Assembly: GCA_027078545.1 (NCBI GenBank)
Contig: JALWXN010000004.1
Span: 128,001-192,000 of the forward strand
Source: Nitrososphaeria archaeon
GTDB taxonomy: Archaea; Thermoproteota; Nitrososphaeria; Geothermarchaeales; JDFR-13
Length of the DNA stretch: 64,000 bases
Direction of reading: 5' to 3'
The translations under genes and the position numbers were made by a program. Positions 39,654 through 48,684 of the stretch are shown here, piece after piece (within the stretch, counting starts at the first letter, position 1; every line of letters starts with the position of its first letter). The notes beneath the pieces are model-generated. The model did no database searches and had not been told where the DNA came from. It saw only the letters and a list, made by a program, of their open reading frames with translations.

Positions 39654-40238
39654 ATGTATAGGCCGGGAGCCAGAGAGACGCGAGAGACCTACGGAATCCT
39701 ACTCGGCCATTCAAGGAGGAGCATAACGGTTAGGAAGGGAGGAGAGGTAATAAGGGTTCGGGACGGGCTTATCGGGGACGTGGTGGGGGAGGAGCACTTC
39801 AAACTCCTAAGGGTACAGCTAGCCAACGACGTGGTGATAAACGGTCTAGACCGTGTATCGCTGGAGACTGGGATGCGTAGGAAAGTTGTAAGGATACTAA
39901 CAACGATAAAGTATGGCGAGCTTCTAGACGAGTCTATGGAGATGCTTGAGAACGCAGTTAAGAAGATTGTGTTGATGAGGGAGCCCGAATGGGTAGAGTT
40001 CCTCAATAAGGCCGGCTTACTTACCCATAAGGTCCATACCCTAGAACTCCTACCCGGGATAAGTAGGAAGAAGGTGGCACTTATCCTGGAGGAGAGGGAC
40101 TCACGACCATTCACCAGCTTCAAAGACTTCAAGGAGAGGGTTGGGGTAGACCCTCTGGATAGCATATCCAAGAAGATTGTGGAGGAAATGAGGGGTGAGG
40201 CCAAGAAATATATCTTCCTGGAGACACAGCATCCTTAG
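39654..40238 (+). CDS. DUF655 family putative RNA-binding protein
   Basis: GEEHFKLL, HTLELLPGI, PFTSFKD. Confidence 0.88.
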   Translation: MYRPGARETRETYGILLGHSRRSITVRKGGEVIRVRDGLIGDVVGEEHFKLLRVQLANDVVINGLDRVSLETGMRRKVVRILTTIKYGELLDESMEMLENAVKKIVLMREPEWVEFLNKAGLLTHKVHTLELLPGISRKKVALILEERDSRPFTSFKDFKERVGVDPLDSISKKIVEEMRGEAKKYIFLETQHP

Positions 40239-41296
40239 TGAGTCTTGAGATACACTACATCCCCATCCCTCAACTCATGTGTTGGGCTTACCCGTACCAC
40301 CTCGCCATCCCTTATAATTAGAGCGTATCTAAGGCTCTCAGCTACTCTAGAGTGTATATGCCTGGCCAGGTCGGCCACCGTTGCACCACTCCTAAGTATT
40401 ATAGGTTTAGACGTCTTTTCACGGATATTCCTAACAGGATAGACCCTTATCAGGCCCAGCTTCTCTACGACCATGTCCCCCATCTTAGATACGTGCCACT
40501 CCCTCCCAGTCTGTAGCTCCACTAGACTATCCCCGCTCCATAGATATGCACCGCCAAGGATGAAGGTCTTAACACCAAGGACAATGTCCTGGAAGAGCTC
40601 CGGATCCACGTTCCCATCCACCTTCACCACGGCATTGTATATCCCATAGTCCCGTAGGATACCCCTAATCTCCTCAATCCATTCCGAGTCGACGCCATAA
40701 ACCCTTATCCCTCCGGAGGGCGTCCTAGATATCTTCACATCAATAGGGTGTGGAGTGATATGTATACCCTCCTCTTCAAGCAGGCCAACCATCCTAGAGA
40801 CGTCGTCCCTATTCCCAGCTATCAAGAGGGTGTAGTTAACCTTCTTAGCCAGGTTGATCACCTTCCTATCAACACTCGGATTGATGCCTATGGGTGGGGC
40901 CACTATATACTGGATCTCAACATCGTTAACCACCTTGTTATACATTGTGGGCAGCATCCTCCAATGCATATACCTATCCGGCCTCCCGAAGGTGCTATCC
41001 ATGAAGCTGGTCAGGATGCTGTAGTCTGTAGATATTATCCCAAGTGTGACGTCCCCAGTCTTCTCGAACTCCCAGGGACTTAGATAACCACCCCTCCTCC
41101 TCTTTTTAGACTCCTCGATCTCCTCCCTAAGCCTAGCCATCTGGCTCCTGACGGACCTCACAAGGTTCTTAGTACCCTTGTGCTTGGGGATCAGGCTATA
41201 GAACTTCTGTAGCTCCCTAAGCTTCTCCTCAGGGGTCCTAGCCTCCATAACCCTTCTCCACTGTGCCTTTGCCTCCGCTGGTAGATTCGTTACCAT
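40235..41296 (-). CDS. DRG/OBG-family TGS-domain protein with degenerate G domain
   Basis: N-terminal NLPAEAK...IPKHKGT and C-terminal TGS (GATVADLARHIH...HELRDGDVV), but no P-loop. Confidence 0.8.
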   Translation of the reverse strand: MVTNLPAEAKAQWRRVMEARTPEEKLRELQKFYSLIPKHKGTKNLVRSVRSQMARLREEIEESKKRRRGGYLSPWEFEKTGDVTLGIISTDYSILTSFMDSTFGRPDRYMHWRMLPTMYNKVVNDVEIQYIVAPPIGINPSVDRKVINLAKKVNYTLLIAGNRDDVSRMVGLLEEEGIHITPHPIDVKISRTPSGGIRVYGVDSEWIEEIRGILRDYGIYNAVVKVDGNVDPELFQDIVLGVKTFILGGAYLWSGDSLVELQTGREWHVSKMGDMVVEKLGLIRVYPVRNIREKTSKPIILRSGATVADLARHIHSRVAESLRYALIIRDGEVVRVSPTHELRDGDVVYLKTH

Positions 41297-41365
41297 TCCG
41301 CACCCTCCAATTATTTACTATACCGGAGACGACCCCATTAGATTTCTAGGCCAAGGGCGGTCAAG

Positions 41366-42079
41366 ATGGATGAGAAGATAGACATAGTCATGGTGGAGCC
41401 GGAGGGCGGCGTAAACCTAGGCCTGATATGTAGGCTCGCAGACAACTTCGACGTGGACAACATCATCCTCGTCAACCCAAACTTCATGGATGAGGATTAT
41501 GACCTGGCCGAGGTATTCGCCTCAAGAGCGGCGCACAGGCTTGAGAAGATAGTCGTCGTAGACAGTCTGGAAAAAGCGGTTGAGAATTCAGACATGGTCA
41601 TCGCAACCACCGGGATAAGATCGCTGTCGTATCCATTCAGGGGTAGCATAGACGTGCGGGAGCTGGGAACAGTCCTGAGAAACGCTTCGCCCAGTAGGAT
41701 ATCAGTAGTCTTCGGGAGGGAGAGTATAGGGCTAACCAAGGATGAGCTTGGTCTCGCCGACGTCCTCGTCACCATACCCACGTCCAAGAGGTACCCCTCC
41801 ATGAATGTGGCTACAGCAGCGGCGATCGTGCTACACCACATATATACCTATAGAATAAAGGGTGAGAGGGGTGGGGAGGGTCTAAGAGAAGGGAATGAAT
41901 ATAGGTTGATAAGGAGATATGTCTACGACCTGGCCGAGAGGGCGCTGGACAGGCCCAATATAGCCTCTACAATCAGCCAGGTAGTGGTTAAATGTGTATA
42001 CCGGGGCGTGGATAGGAAGGAGGATCTCAAGCTGATACTGACACTATTCCGCAGACTACATACACTACTCGTTGGATAG
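41366..42079 (+). CDS. trmJ: SPOUT tRNA methyltransferase (TrmJ-like)
   Basis: EPEGGVNLG, VVFGRESIGL, YPSMNVA. Confidence 0.85.
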   Translation: MDEKIDIVMVEPEGGVNLGLICRLADNFDVDNIILVNPNFMDEDYDLAEVFASRAAHRLEKIVVVDSLEKAVENSDMVIATTGIRSLSYPFRGSIDVRELGTVLRNASPSRISVVFGRESIGLTKDELGLADVLVTIPTSKRYPSMNVATAAAIVLHHIYTYRIKGERGGEGLREGNEYRLIRRYVYDLAERALDRPNIASTISQVVVKCVYRGVDRKEDLKLILTLFRRLHTLLVG

Positions 42080-42123
42080 GGGTACCGGCTTTAATACTCC
42101 TAGTAATACTCAATCTATAGAGG

Positions 42124-42639
42124 GTGGCCGGAGTGAAGGCGAGGAACTTCAGGGAGATCAAGGGGATGCCATACACCAGGCTGGAATATATCCATGGAGC
42201 TCCACAGTCTAGGATCACCAGGTTCAACATGGGTACATGGAAGGAGGACTATGACGTGGTGCTGGAGCTGAAGGCCAAGGAGCAGGCATATGTCAGGGAC
42301 GTGGCCCTAGAGGCCCTCAGGGTAAACGTGAACCGTCTACTCCAGAAGAAGCTAGGCACACAGAACTACTACTTCACAATAGTGGTGTATCCCCACCACG
42401 TCCTCAGGGAGAATAAGATGATGACCGGCGCCGGTGCAGACCGTCTACAGGAGGGTATGAGGAGAGCCTTTGGGAAGCCTGTCGGTAGGGCGGCGGCGGT
42501 ATGGAAGGATCAGGTCATAGCTAGGGTATATACATATAGTGGCAACGTGGAGTATGCCAAGCAGGTCTTGAAGGTTGGGGCTTCAAAGATACCTAAAGGG
42601 GCCTATATAGATGTCAAACCACTCAATAAGCAGGCTTGA
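42124..42639 (+). CDS. rpl10e: 50S ribosomal protein L10e (uL16)
   Basis: YPHHVLRENK, GAGADRLQEGMRRAFGKP. Confidence 0.95.
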   Translation: MAGVKARNFREIKGMPYTRLEYIHGAPQSRITRFNMGTWKEDYDVVLELKAKEQAYVRDVALEALRVNVNRLLQKKLGTQNYYFTIVVYPHHVLRENKMMTGAGADRLQEGMRRAFGKPVGRAAAVWKDQVIARVYTYSGNVEYAKQVLKVGASKIPKGAYIDVKPLNKQA

Positions 42640-43657
42640 GACAAGCCTATCCACTGTAGTATCAGAAATAATCAAGAGGAACAGGGGTAAGAGGATAGTT
42701 ATCGAGGGGTCTGAAACCTACATATACAGGCTGATAAGGGAGGGCCTAGAGGCTCCGCCGGATACCCATGTCGAGATAAATCTAGAGCCTAGGTTTGGGG
42801 CCTGCGACATAGATATCCAGCACTACCTCGAGACGAGGCCCGATATAGTTATCCACCTTGGGCATAACCCATTTCCAAATACCTATGGAGAGCTACGTAG
42901 ACTACCATTCAAAATATTCTTCATACCCGTTGTAGAGGAGCCTGACCCTAACCTTATAGAGAGGGTTGTCAGGGACGCTTGGGAGAACTATCTGGCAAAC
43001 ATATCCAACGAAAGGATCGGCCTAGTCTACTCCATCCAATACTATAGGGTGGCCAGGATAGCCATGGATATGCTTCTCGAGATGGGGATGGACCTATTCG
43101 TCCCTAGACAGCCAGGTATGCTCAGCGGCCAGATACTGGGGTGTACCACAAAGCCTTTGAGACAGGAAGGGGTAGATAGATTCATAGTAGTGTCTTCTGG
43201 CCTCTTCCACGCCCTAGGGGTCAGCCTCTATACCGGTCTCCCAACACTCCTACTGGATATGCATAACGGCGTGGTTAAGGACATGTACGACGCTACGAGA
43301 AGGGTCAGGGCCCTAATCTCGTGGAACGTCTACCAGGCCAGGGGCTATAGAAGGGTCGCGGTGGTAAGGATAGTTGATAGTCACCAGCCATTGATAGGTG
43401 GGTTGACAATAATCGAGAGGATCCTACGCAGTAGGGGGTGGGCCTACCGTGTATACACCGCCTCGAGGCTGGGCGAGGATATACTCGCCAGGATCCCGGA
43501 GGATGAGCTGGTCATCGTCGCTGGGTGCCCCAGGATATCTACTGACGACCTGACACGTTTTGGGAGACCGGTTCTAAACCTCGAGCAGTTATTAATCGCG
43601 ATGGACGAGAAAGATTTTAATGACGTGTATCCTCCACCTAGACGGTGGTCTACATGA
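42611..43657 (+). CDS. dph2: Diphthamide synthesis protein Dph2
   Basis: Three Fe-S Cys motifs: FGACD, GQILGC, GCPR. Confidence 0.85.
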   Translation: MSNHSISRLETSLSTVVSEIIKRNRGKRIVIEGSETYIYRLIREGLEAPPDTHVEINLEPRFGACDIDIQHYLETRPDIVIHLGHNPFPNTYGELRRLPFKIFFIPVVEEPDPNLIERVVRDAWENYLANISNERIGLVYSIQYYRVARIAMDMLLEMGMDLFVPRQPGMLSGQILGCTTKPLRQEGVDRFIVVSSGLFHALGVSLYTGLPTLLLDMHNGVVKDMYDATRRVRALISWNVYQARGYRRVAVVRIVDSHQPLIGGLTIIERILRSRGWAYRVYTASRLGEDILARIPEDELVIVAGCPRISTDDLTRFGRPVLNLEQLLIAMDEKDFNDVYPPPRRWST

Positions 43658-44265
43658 AGAAGGATGGTGAAAAAGTCTCTCCCGGCGATCCATTAGCCCT
43701 TATAGAAGAGTTCATCGGAGGTAGGAACACCTATATAGACGACTCCGTTATCAGGAGCTCCGTAGCAGGGGTTGTGAAGGTAGACTGGAAGAACAGGGTA
43801 ATAGATGTTGAGCCTATAAAGCAGCCCCTAACCATAGATGTGGGGGACGAGATACTCGGCAAGATATTCCACATCTCAGGAGTCTTCGGATATGTAGAGA
43901 TAGAGCTCGTGAGGAAGGAGGGGAAGGGACCATGGATACTCCTAAGGGGTAAATACACAGGCGTCGTCTACCCACCCACAAGGGTCACCGACGTAGGATC
44001 AACCTACCACATAAGGGACGAGATCCTGGCGAGGGTTGAGAGCACGCTAAACAGGACCCTACACCTCTCAATAAGGGGTCCGAGATACGGCGTTGTAAGG
44101 GCTTTCTGTAAAACCTGTAGAACCGAGCTTGTAAGGGGCGATGAGCCTGGTAAGCTCGTGTGCCCAACCTGTAGATCTATAGAGACGAGAAAGGTTTCCA
44201 GGCTATATGGAAACACAACCATAATCAAGACCCTCCACAAAGAGAAAGTTTTAAATACGTGGTAA
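43645..44265 (+). CDS. csl4: Exosome subunit Csl4
   Basis: PGDPLALIEEF, S1 domain, GVVRAFCKTC...CPTC..ETRK. Confidence 0.9.
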   Translation: MVYMKKDGEKVSPGDPLALIEEFIGGRNTYIDDSVIRSSVAGVVKVDWKNRVIDVEPIKQPLTIDVGDEILGKIFHISGVFGYVEIELVRKEGKGPWILLRGKYTGVVYPPTRVTDVGSTYHIRDEILARVESTLNRTLHLSIRGPRYGVVRAFCKTCRTELVRGDEPGKLVCPTCRSIETRKVSRLYGNTTIIKTLHKEKVLNTW

Positions 44266-44282
44266 CTGATGTGTGGTTTAGT

Positions 44283-44588
44283 ATGGAGATTCAGGTACTT
44301 AAGGTAGAGGGAGGGAGGCTACGCCTCAAGATAATAGGGGAGACATTCACATTTGGAAACCTCCTGCAGAAGGCCCTCCTAGAAGATGAGAGGATTCTAG
44401 GGGCCGGGTTCCACAGGCCCCATCCATTGAAGAAAGAAATCGTTTTCGACATATACTTCAAGGATGATGTGAAGCCTGAGGAGTATCGATCAATAATCAT
44501 CGAGAATGTTGAGCGTATGTATAACTATATCTCCGAGTTGAAGTCGGAGGTACTCAACGCCCTTGAGAAGGCTGGTGAGAATAAATGA
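44283..44588 (+). CDS. rpoL: RNA polymerase subunit Rpo11 (L)
   Basis: GETFTFGNLL, HPL; Csl4-RpoL-TFS synteny. Confidence 0.88.
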   Translation: MEIQVLKVEGGRLRLKIIGETFTFGNLLQKALLEDERILGAGFHRPHPLKKEIVFDIYFKDDVKPEEYRSIIIENVERMYNYISELKSEVLNALEKAGENK

Positions 44589-44899
44589 AGTACTGCCCAA
44601 AGTGTAAGGAGATAATGTCTCTTAAACAGATAGATAACCAGCTCTTCTACGTATGCGACTCCTGTGGATATAAGGAGCCCTACGACACCTCGAACCTATA
44701 TGTAGACGTCGTGAGGGAGGAGAGGGTTCTGGTTCTCCAGAAAGACACGACCGCCGAGCCCACGGTGAAGGTGGAGTGTCCAAAGTGTGGGAATGACGAG
44801 GCCTATACATGGATAGTCCAGACAAGATCGGGAGACGAGGGTGGCACAGTCTTCTACAGGTGCACCAGGTGTAAGTATACCTGGAGAGTGTATACATAG
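44585..44899 (+). CDS. tfs: Transcription cleavage factor TFS
   Basis: Two Zn ribbons, QTRSGDE acidic hairpin. Confidence 0.93.
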   Translation: MKYCPKCKEIMSLKQIDNQLFYVCDSCGYKEPYDTSNLYVDVVREERVLVLQKDTTAEPTVKVECPKCGNDEAYTWIVQTRSGDEGGTVFYRCTRCKYTWRVYT

Positions 44900-44965
44900 G
44901 CCGGGTCGGAACCGTTATTATAAGCCGTCTATAACAATATATCACTATCACACAGGTGGTACCAA

Positions 44966-45730
44966 ATGTTTAGAGGCGTCCTAGACAAGGACAAGCTTAA
45001 GAGATGGATAAAGATCGTGACGACTATAGACGCCCTAGTCGAGGAGGCCTGCTTCAGGATATCCCCCGAGCAATTCATGTTCAGAGAGGTGGACAGCACC
45101 AGGGTCTCCATGATAAACTTCGTGGCCGAGAAGGACTACTTCGACCTCTATGAGTTCAACGCTGATAGCGACATAACCATATGTGTCCAGAGCGACAGGC
45201 TCCTCAAATTCTCCAAGCTACTCTCAAAGGCGGACGAGCTGATCATAGAGGTGGAGGATGGAAAGTTCATACTTGCTAGTACCAAGCCCTATGAGAAGAG
45301 GTTTATACTCCCAGCAGCCCTGGAAGAGAGGGAGGCCCTGAGAATACCCCAGGTAGACTTCAAAGCCAGGGCTAGGATAGTGGTCCCCACCTTGAAGGAC
45401 ATATTCAACGATGCGAGGGCATTGAGCGAGACGATAACGATACATGCTGAGGGCAGCGAGATAAGCTTCATAAGCAAGAGTGAGGAGGGGTTCCAGGCAG
45501 AGCATAAGCTTAAATATCCTGACAACGTGGAGATCCTCGACATAGTGGTGGATGAACCCTCCACATCCATATACTCCCTCGAGTATCTATACAGGGTGGT
45601 TAAGGAGCTGGCAAGCATCTCAGGCGTAGTCACCCTAAGCTTCTCCACGGACTACCCCCTCAGCCTAAACTTCGAGATGCTGGAGTATGAGACCTACCAG
45701 TTCATCCATGCACCTAGGAGCGAGGAGTGA
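44966..45730 (+). CDS. pcn: PCNA sliding clamp
   Basis: VDSTRVSMI, YSLEYL, STDYPL, APR. Confidence 0.9.
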   Translation: MFRGVLDKDKLKRWIKIVTTIDALVEEACFRISPEQFMFREVDSTRVSMINFVAEKDYFDLYEFNADSDITICVQSDRLLKFSKLLSKADELIIEVEDGKFILASTKPYEKRFILPAALEEREALRIPQVDFKARARIVVPTLKDIFNDARALSETITIHAEGSEISFISKSEEGFQAEHKLKYPDNVEILDIVVDEPSTSIYSLEYLYRVVKELASISGVVTLSFSTDYPLSLNFEMLEYETYQFIHAPRSEE

Positions 45731-45766
45731 TAATACCTCCCCACATCCACACATTTATATTTAGGA

Positions 45767-46777
45767 ATGGTGCGTGACCCGATAGAGGAAGAGTTTCTCT
45801 GGATGGCTAGATACCCCTTCCACCCCCTTACGAGGGAGCGGGTATTCGGCCAGCTCCAGGGGTCCATCGAAGACCTGGAGGAGTTCTACAGCGATGCAGT
45901 GTCTAGGCTAGGTAGGGCTCTGGCCGGTGAGAAACCAGTATTAGACGAGAACCCCCACCGCTCACTCGTAGTATTCTATACTACGGTACTGCTGGTGAAG
46001 TATCTAGATAACTGGCTGGTGGAGAGACGGTTCGTGGAATACGAGGCTGAACGGGCCTACAACTATCTGAGGATGGCTGATAAAGACGAGATCCTCAAGG
46101 TTTTCAGGGGTATGGGTATCGATCTCAAGATGATTGATAATAGGTATGGGGTATACTTCAGGGACTATATACAGGCGACTAGGGATCTCCCCCCAGGCTG
46201 GAAGATGATCTACTTCCCCATGGAGAGGGGATATGTATACCTCAACAAAAAGTCACTAGCCAGGATAGGTAAGGAGGTGTTTAAAGACGAGATTATCAAG
46301 ACGATAGAATTGGTCGAGTCTGTCCCATCCTCCATAGGGGAGGCGGCCAAGGCCTTGGCGGAGGCCTATTCAGACATACTGGAGAGGCTGAGGCCCGAGA
46401 CCACGTCTATCCAGACGAGGGATGTGGAGAGGTTCCCGCCATGTATGAAGTATCTATACGCCAATATTGGAAAGGGCCTCCCACACCCTGGCCGCTTCAC
46501 CATAGTGACCTTCCTACACAAGATGGGGTTCACGGTAGATGAGATAATATCGCTATTCGCTAGGACACCCGACTTCAATGAGAGGGTGACTAGGTACCAA
46601 GTCGAGCATATACTGGGGATGAGGGGTGGAAAGATAAAATACGATGTACCCAGCTGTAGAAAAATAAAGAGCTTCGGATTCTGCTTCCCAGACGAGATAT
46701 GTGTCAAGCATAGGATACGCCACCCACTAACCTATGTGAAGAAGGTGGCTAGGATTGGCGAGCCAGGTGGATCATAG
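45767..46777 (+). CDS. priL: DNA primase large subunit
   Basis: ARYPF, FPPCM, HPGRF, YQVEH, YDVPSC...C...C...HPL. Confidence 0.92.
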   Translation: MVRDPIEEEFLWMARYPFHPLTRERVFGQLQGSIEDLEEFYSDAVSRLGRALAGEKPVLDENPHRSLVVFYTTVLLVKYLDNWLVERRFVEYEAERAYNYLRMADKDEILKVFRGMGIDLKMIDNRYGVYFRDYIQATRDLPPGWKMIYFPMERGYVYLNKKSLARIGKEVFKDEIIKTIELVESVPSSIGEAAKALAEAYSDILERLRPETTSIQTRDVERFPPCMKYLYANIGKGLPHPGRFTIVTFLHKMGFTVDEIISLFARTPDFNERVTRYQVEHILGMRGGKIKYDVPSCRKIKSFGFCFPDEICVKHRIRHPLTYVKKVARIGEPGGS

Positions 46778-47909
46778 ATATATTGAGAGGCTCTTCAGAG
46801 CATACTACAGCGAGGAAGTCGCGGAGAAGATATTCCACAGCGCGCCGGAGCCTGAGAAGAGGGAGTGGGCATTCCTAAGACTCGATGGGCCGATGGTGAG
46901 GCATGTCAAGCTAACCAGTATAGATGATCTATATAGCCAGCTAGACCCCCCGCCAAAGGGGATATACTACTCACTATCCACATATGAATACCCCGACTAT
47001 CCAATGCCTGACAAGCAGAGGATAAAGACCGATGTGGCGTTCGACCTCGACGCGGATCACATTAGGGGGGCCGTCCTACAGGAGGTCTCTAGATGCAAAT
47101 CCTGTGGATGGATAGGAGAGGGAGACGTGTGTCGAAAATGTGGGGGAGAGGTTAAGAAGATCCAGTTGGTCGATGATAGGACTATCGAGAGCATCTCTGG
47201 AGAGGTCTCCAGGCTCCTAAACAGGCTGGCCGACTATCTAGACGTGGATATAGATAGGCTCCGAATATTCTTCAGTGGGCTTAGGGGTTATCACATACAT
47301 CTCGAGGAGGAGCCCTACAGGTCGCTAGACTCGGTCGAGCGTATAGAGCTCAAGGACTTCCTCACCCTCGACGGGGTCGAGATACACCTTGCCAAGGAAC
47401 CCGACTCAGCTATAATCAGGATCCTGGAGGAGTGTAGAGACATGCTAAGCGAGGTGGAGGACGTATCGGTTAGACAGGTCCTAGAGAGCCTAGTCAATAA
47501 TACGGGTGATCCTAGGCTCTACGCCAGTATAAGGAAGAGGCTGAAGGAGGACAGGGTTCTAAGGGAGCGGGTCTCCAGAACAGTTAGGGAGCTCTGCGGA
47601 GTAAACATAGACCCGGTAGTAGTGACCGATATGAGCAGGCTGATCAGGGCTCCATACTCACTACATGGAAAGTCATCCCTCATCAAGACCCCCCTAGATA
47701 TCGAGGCTTTAGAGGCTCAGGACCCCCCTGTAATAGCCTTGGCATCGCCATCTAACAACATGGTTAAGGTCCATGTACACTATGTGCCACGCCTAATCTG
47801 GGGAGGTAGGGAGATACCCAGTATCCATGACGAAGACGTGATACTCCCGGAGCCCCTAGCCATATACCTGGTGAATATGGGTCTAGCCCAGGGTCTTAGA
47901 CATGTCTAG
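46755..47909 (+). CDS. priS: DNA primase small subunit
   Basis: REWAF, FDLDAD, SGLRGYH, IDPVV.D.SRLIRAPYSLHGK. Confidence 0.93.
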   Translation: MASQVDHRYIERLFRAYYSEEVAEKIFHSAPEPEKREWAFLRLDGPMVRHVKLTSIDDLYSQLDPPPKGIYYSLSTYEYPDYPMPDKQRIKTDVAFDLDADHIRGAVLQEVSRCKSCGWIGEGDVCRKCGGEVKKIQLVDDRTIESISGEVSRLLNRLADYLDVDIDRLRIFFSGLRGYHIHLEEEPYRSLDSVERIELKDFLTLDGVEIHLAKEPDSAIIRILEECRDMLSEVEDVSVRQVLESLVNNTGDPRLYASIRKRLKEDRVLRERVSRTVRELCGVNIDPVVVTDMSRLIRAPYSLHGKSSLIKTPLDIEALEAQDPPVIALASPSNNMVKVHVHYVPRLIWGGREIPSIHDEDVILPEPLAIYLVNMGLAQGLRHV

Positions 47910-47996
47910 CCCCGGCCTGAGGATCAGTACATAAACTATTTATTAACCCCCTCAATTATTTGATGGTTGGTAATCCCTCATCCTACTGATCTATAG

Positions 47997-48644
47997 GTGT
48001 ACAAGGAGATGAAGATGAACTATACCACGGGTACGACCACCCTAGCCCTTAAATACAGGGACGGGGTGGTACTAGCAGCGGATACCAGGGTGACCGCGGG
48101 ATACCTGATAGCCCATAAGAAGGGTAGGAAGATCCATATGATCAAGCCCTACCTCGCCGTGACCATAGCCGGGGTAGTAGCGGATGCCCAGGTTCTAATC
48201 GAGCAGCTTAGGAACCACCTGAACCTCTATGAGAATATGTATGGAAGACCCCTATCACTAAGGGCCGCGGCCAACTATCTAAGTCTACTCATGTATTCAC
48301 ACCGCCTCCTCCCCTTCATAACGGAGATGATACTTGCGGGTAAGGATCGGGATGGCTACAAGATATTCAAGCTGGACCCCCTAGGGAGCGTGATAAGCGA
48401 TGACTACATGGTATCCGGATCAGGCTCCATGTTCGCCCTAGGTGTGTTGGAGAACGAGTATAGGCCCGATCTCACGGAGAAGGAGGCCGTGAAGGTTGCC
48501 CTGAAGGCCTTGGCAGCCGCCATGAAGCGTGACATAGCTAGTGGAGACGACTTCATGATAGCCATTATAGATAATAAGGGGTTTAGGGAGGTGTCCACCC
48601 CTGATAAGGCGAAGCTCCTGAGTGAGCTGGAGCTTAGGACATAG
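47997..48644 (+). CDS. psmB: Proteasome beta subunit
   Basis: Propeptide then G/TTT, AADTR, SGSG, RDIASG. Confidence 0.95.
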   Translation: MYKEMKMNYTTGTTTLALKYRDGVVLAADTRVTAGYLIAHKKGRKIHMIKPYLAVTIAGVVADAQVLIEQLRNHLNLYENMYGRPLSLRAAANYLSLLMYSHRLLPFITEMILAGKDRDGYKIFKLDPLGSVISDDYMVSGSGSMFALGVLENEYRPDLTEKEAVKVALKALAAAMKRDIASGDDFMIAIIDNKGFREVSTPDKAKLLSELELRT

Positions 48645-48684
48645 ATAGGTGATAGTGGCTCGGAATGGCCCATCCACCTAGGAG

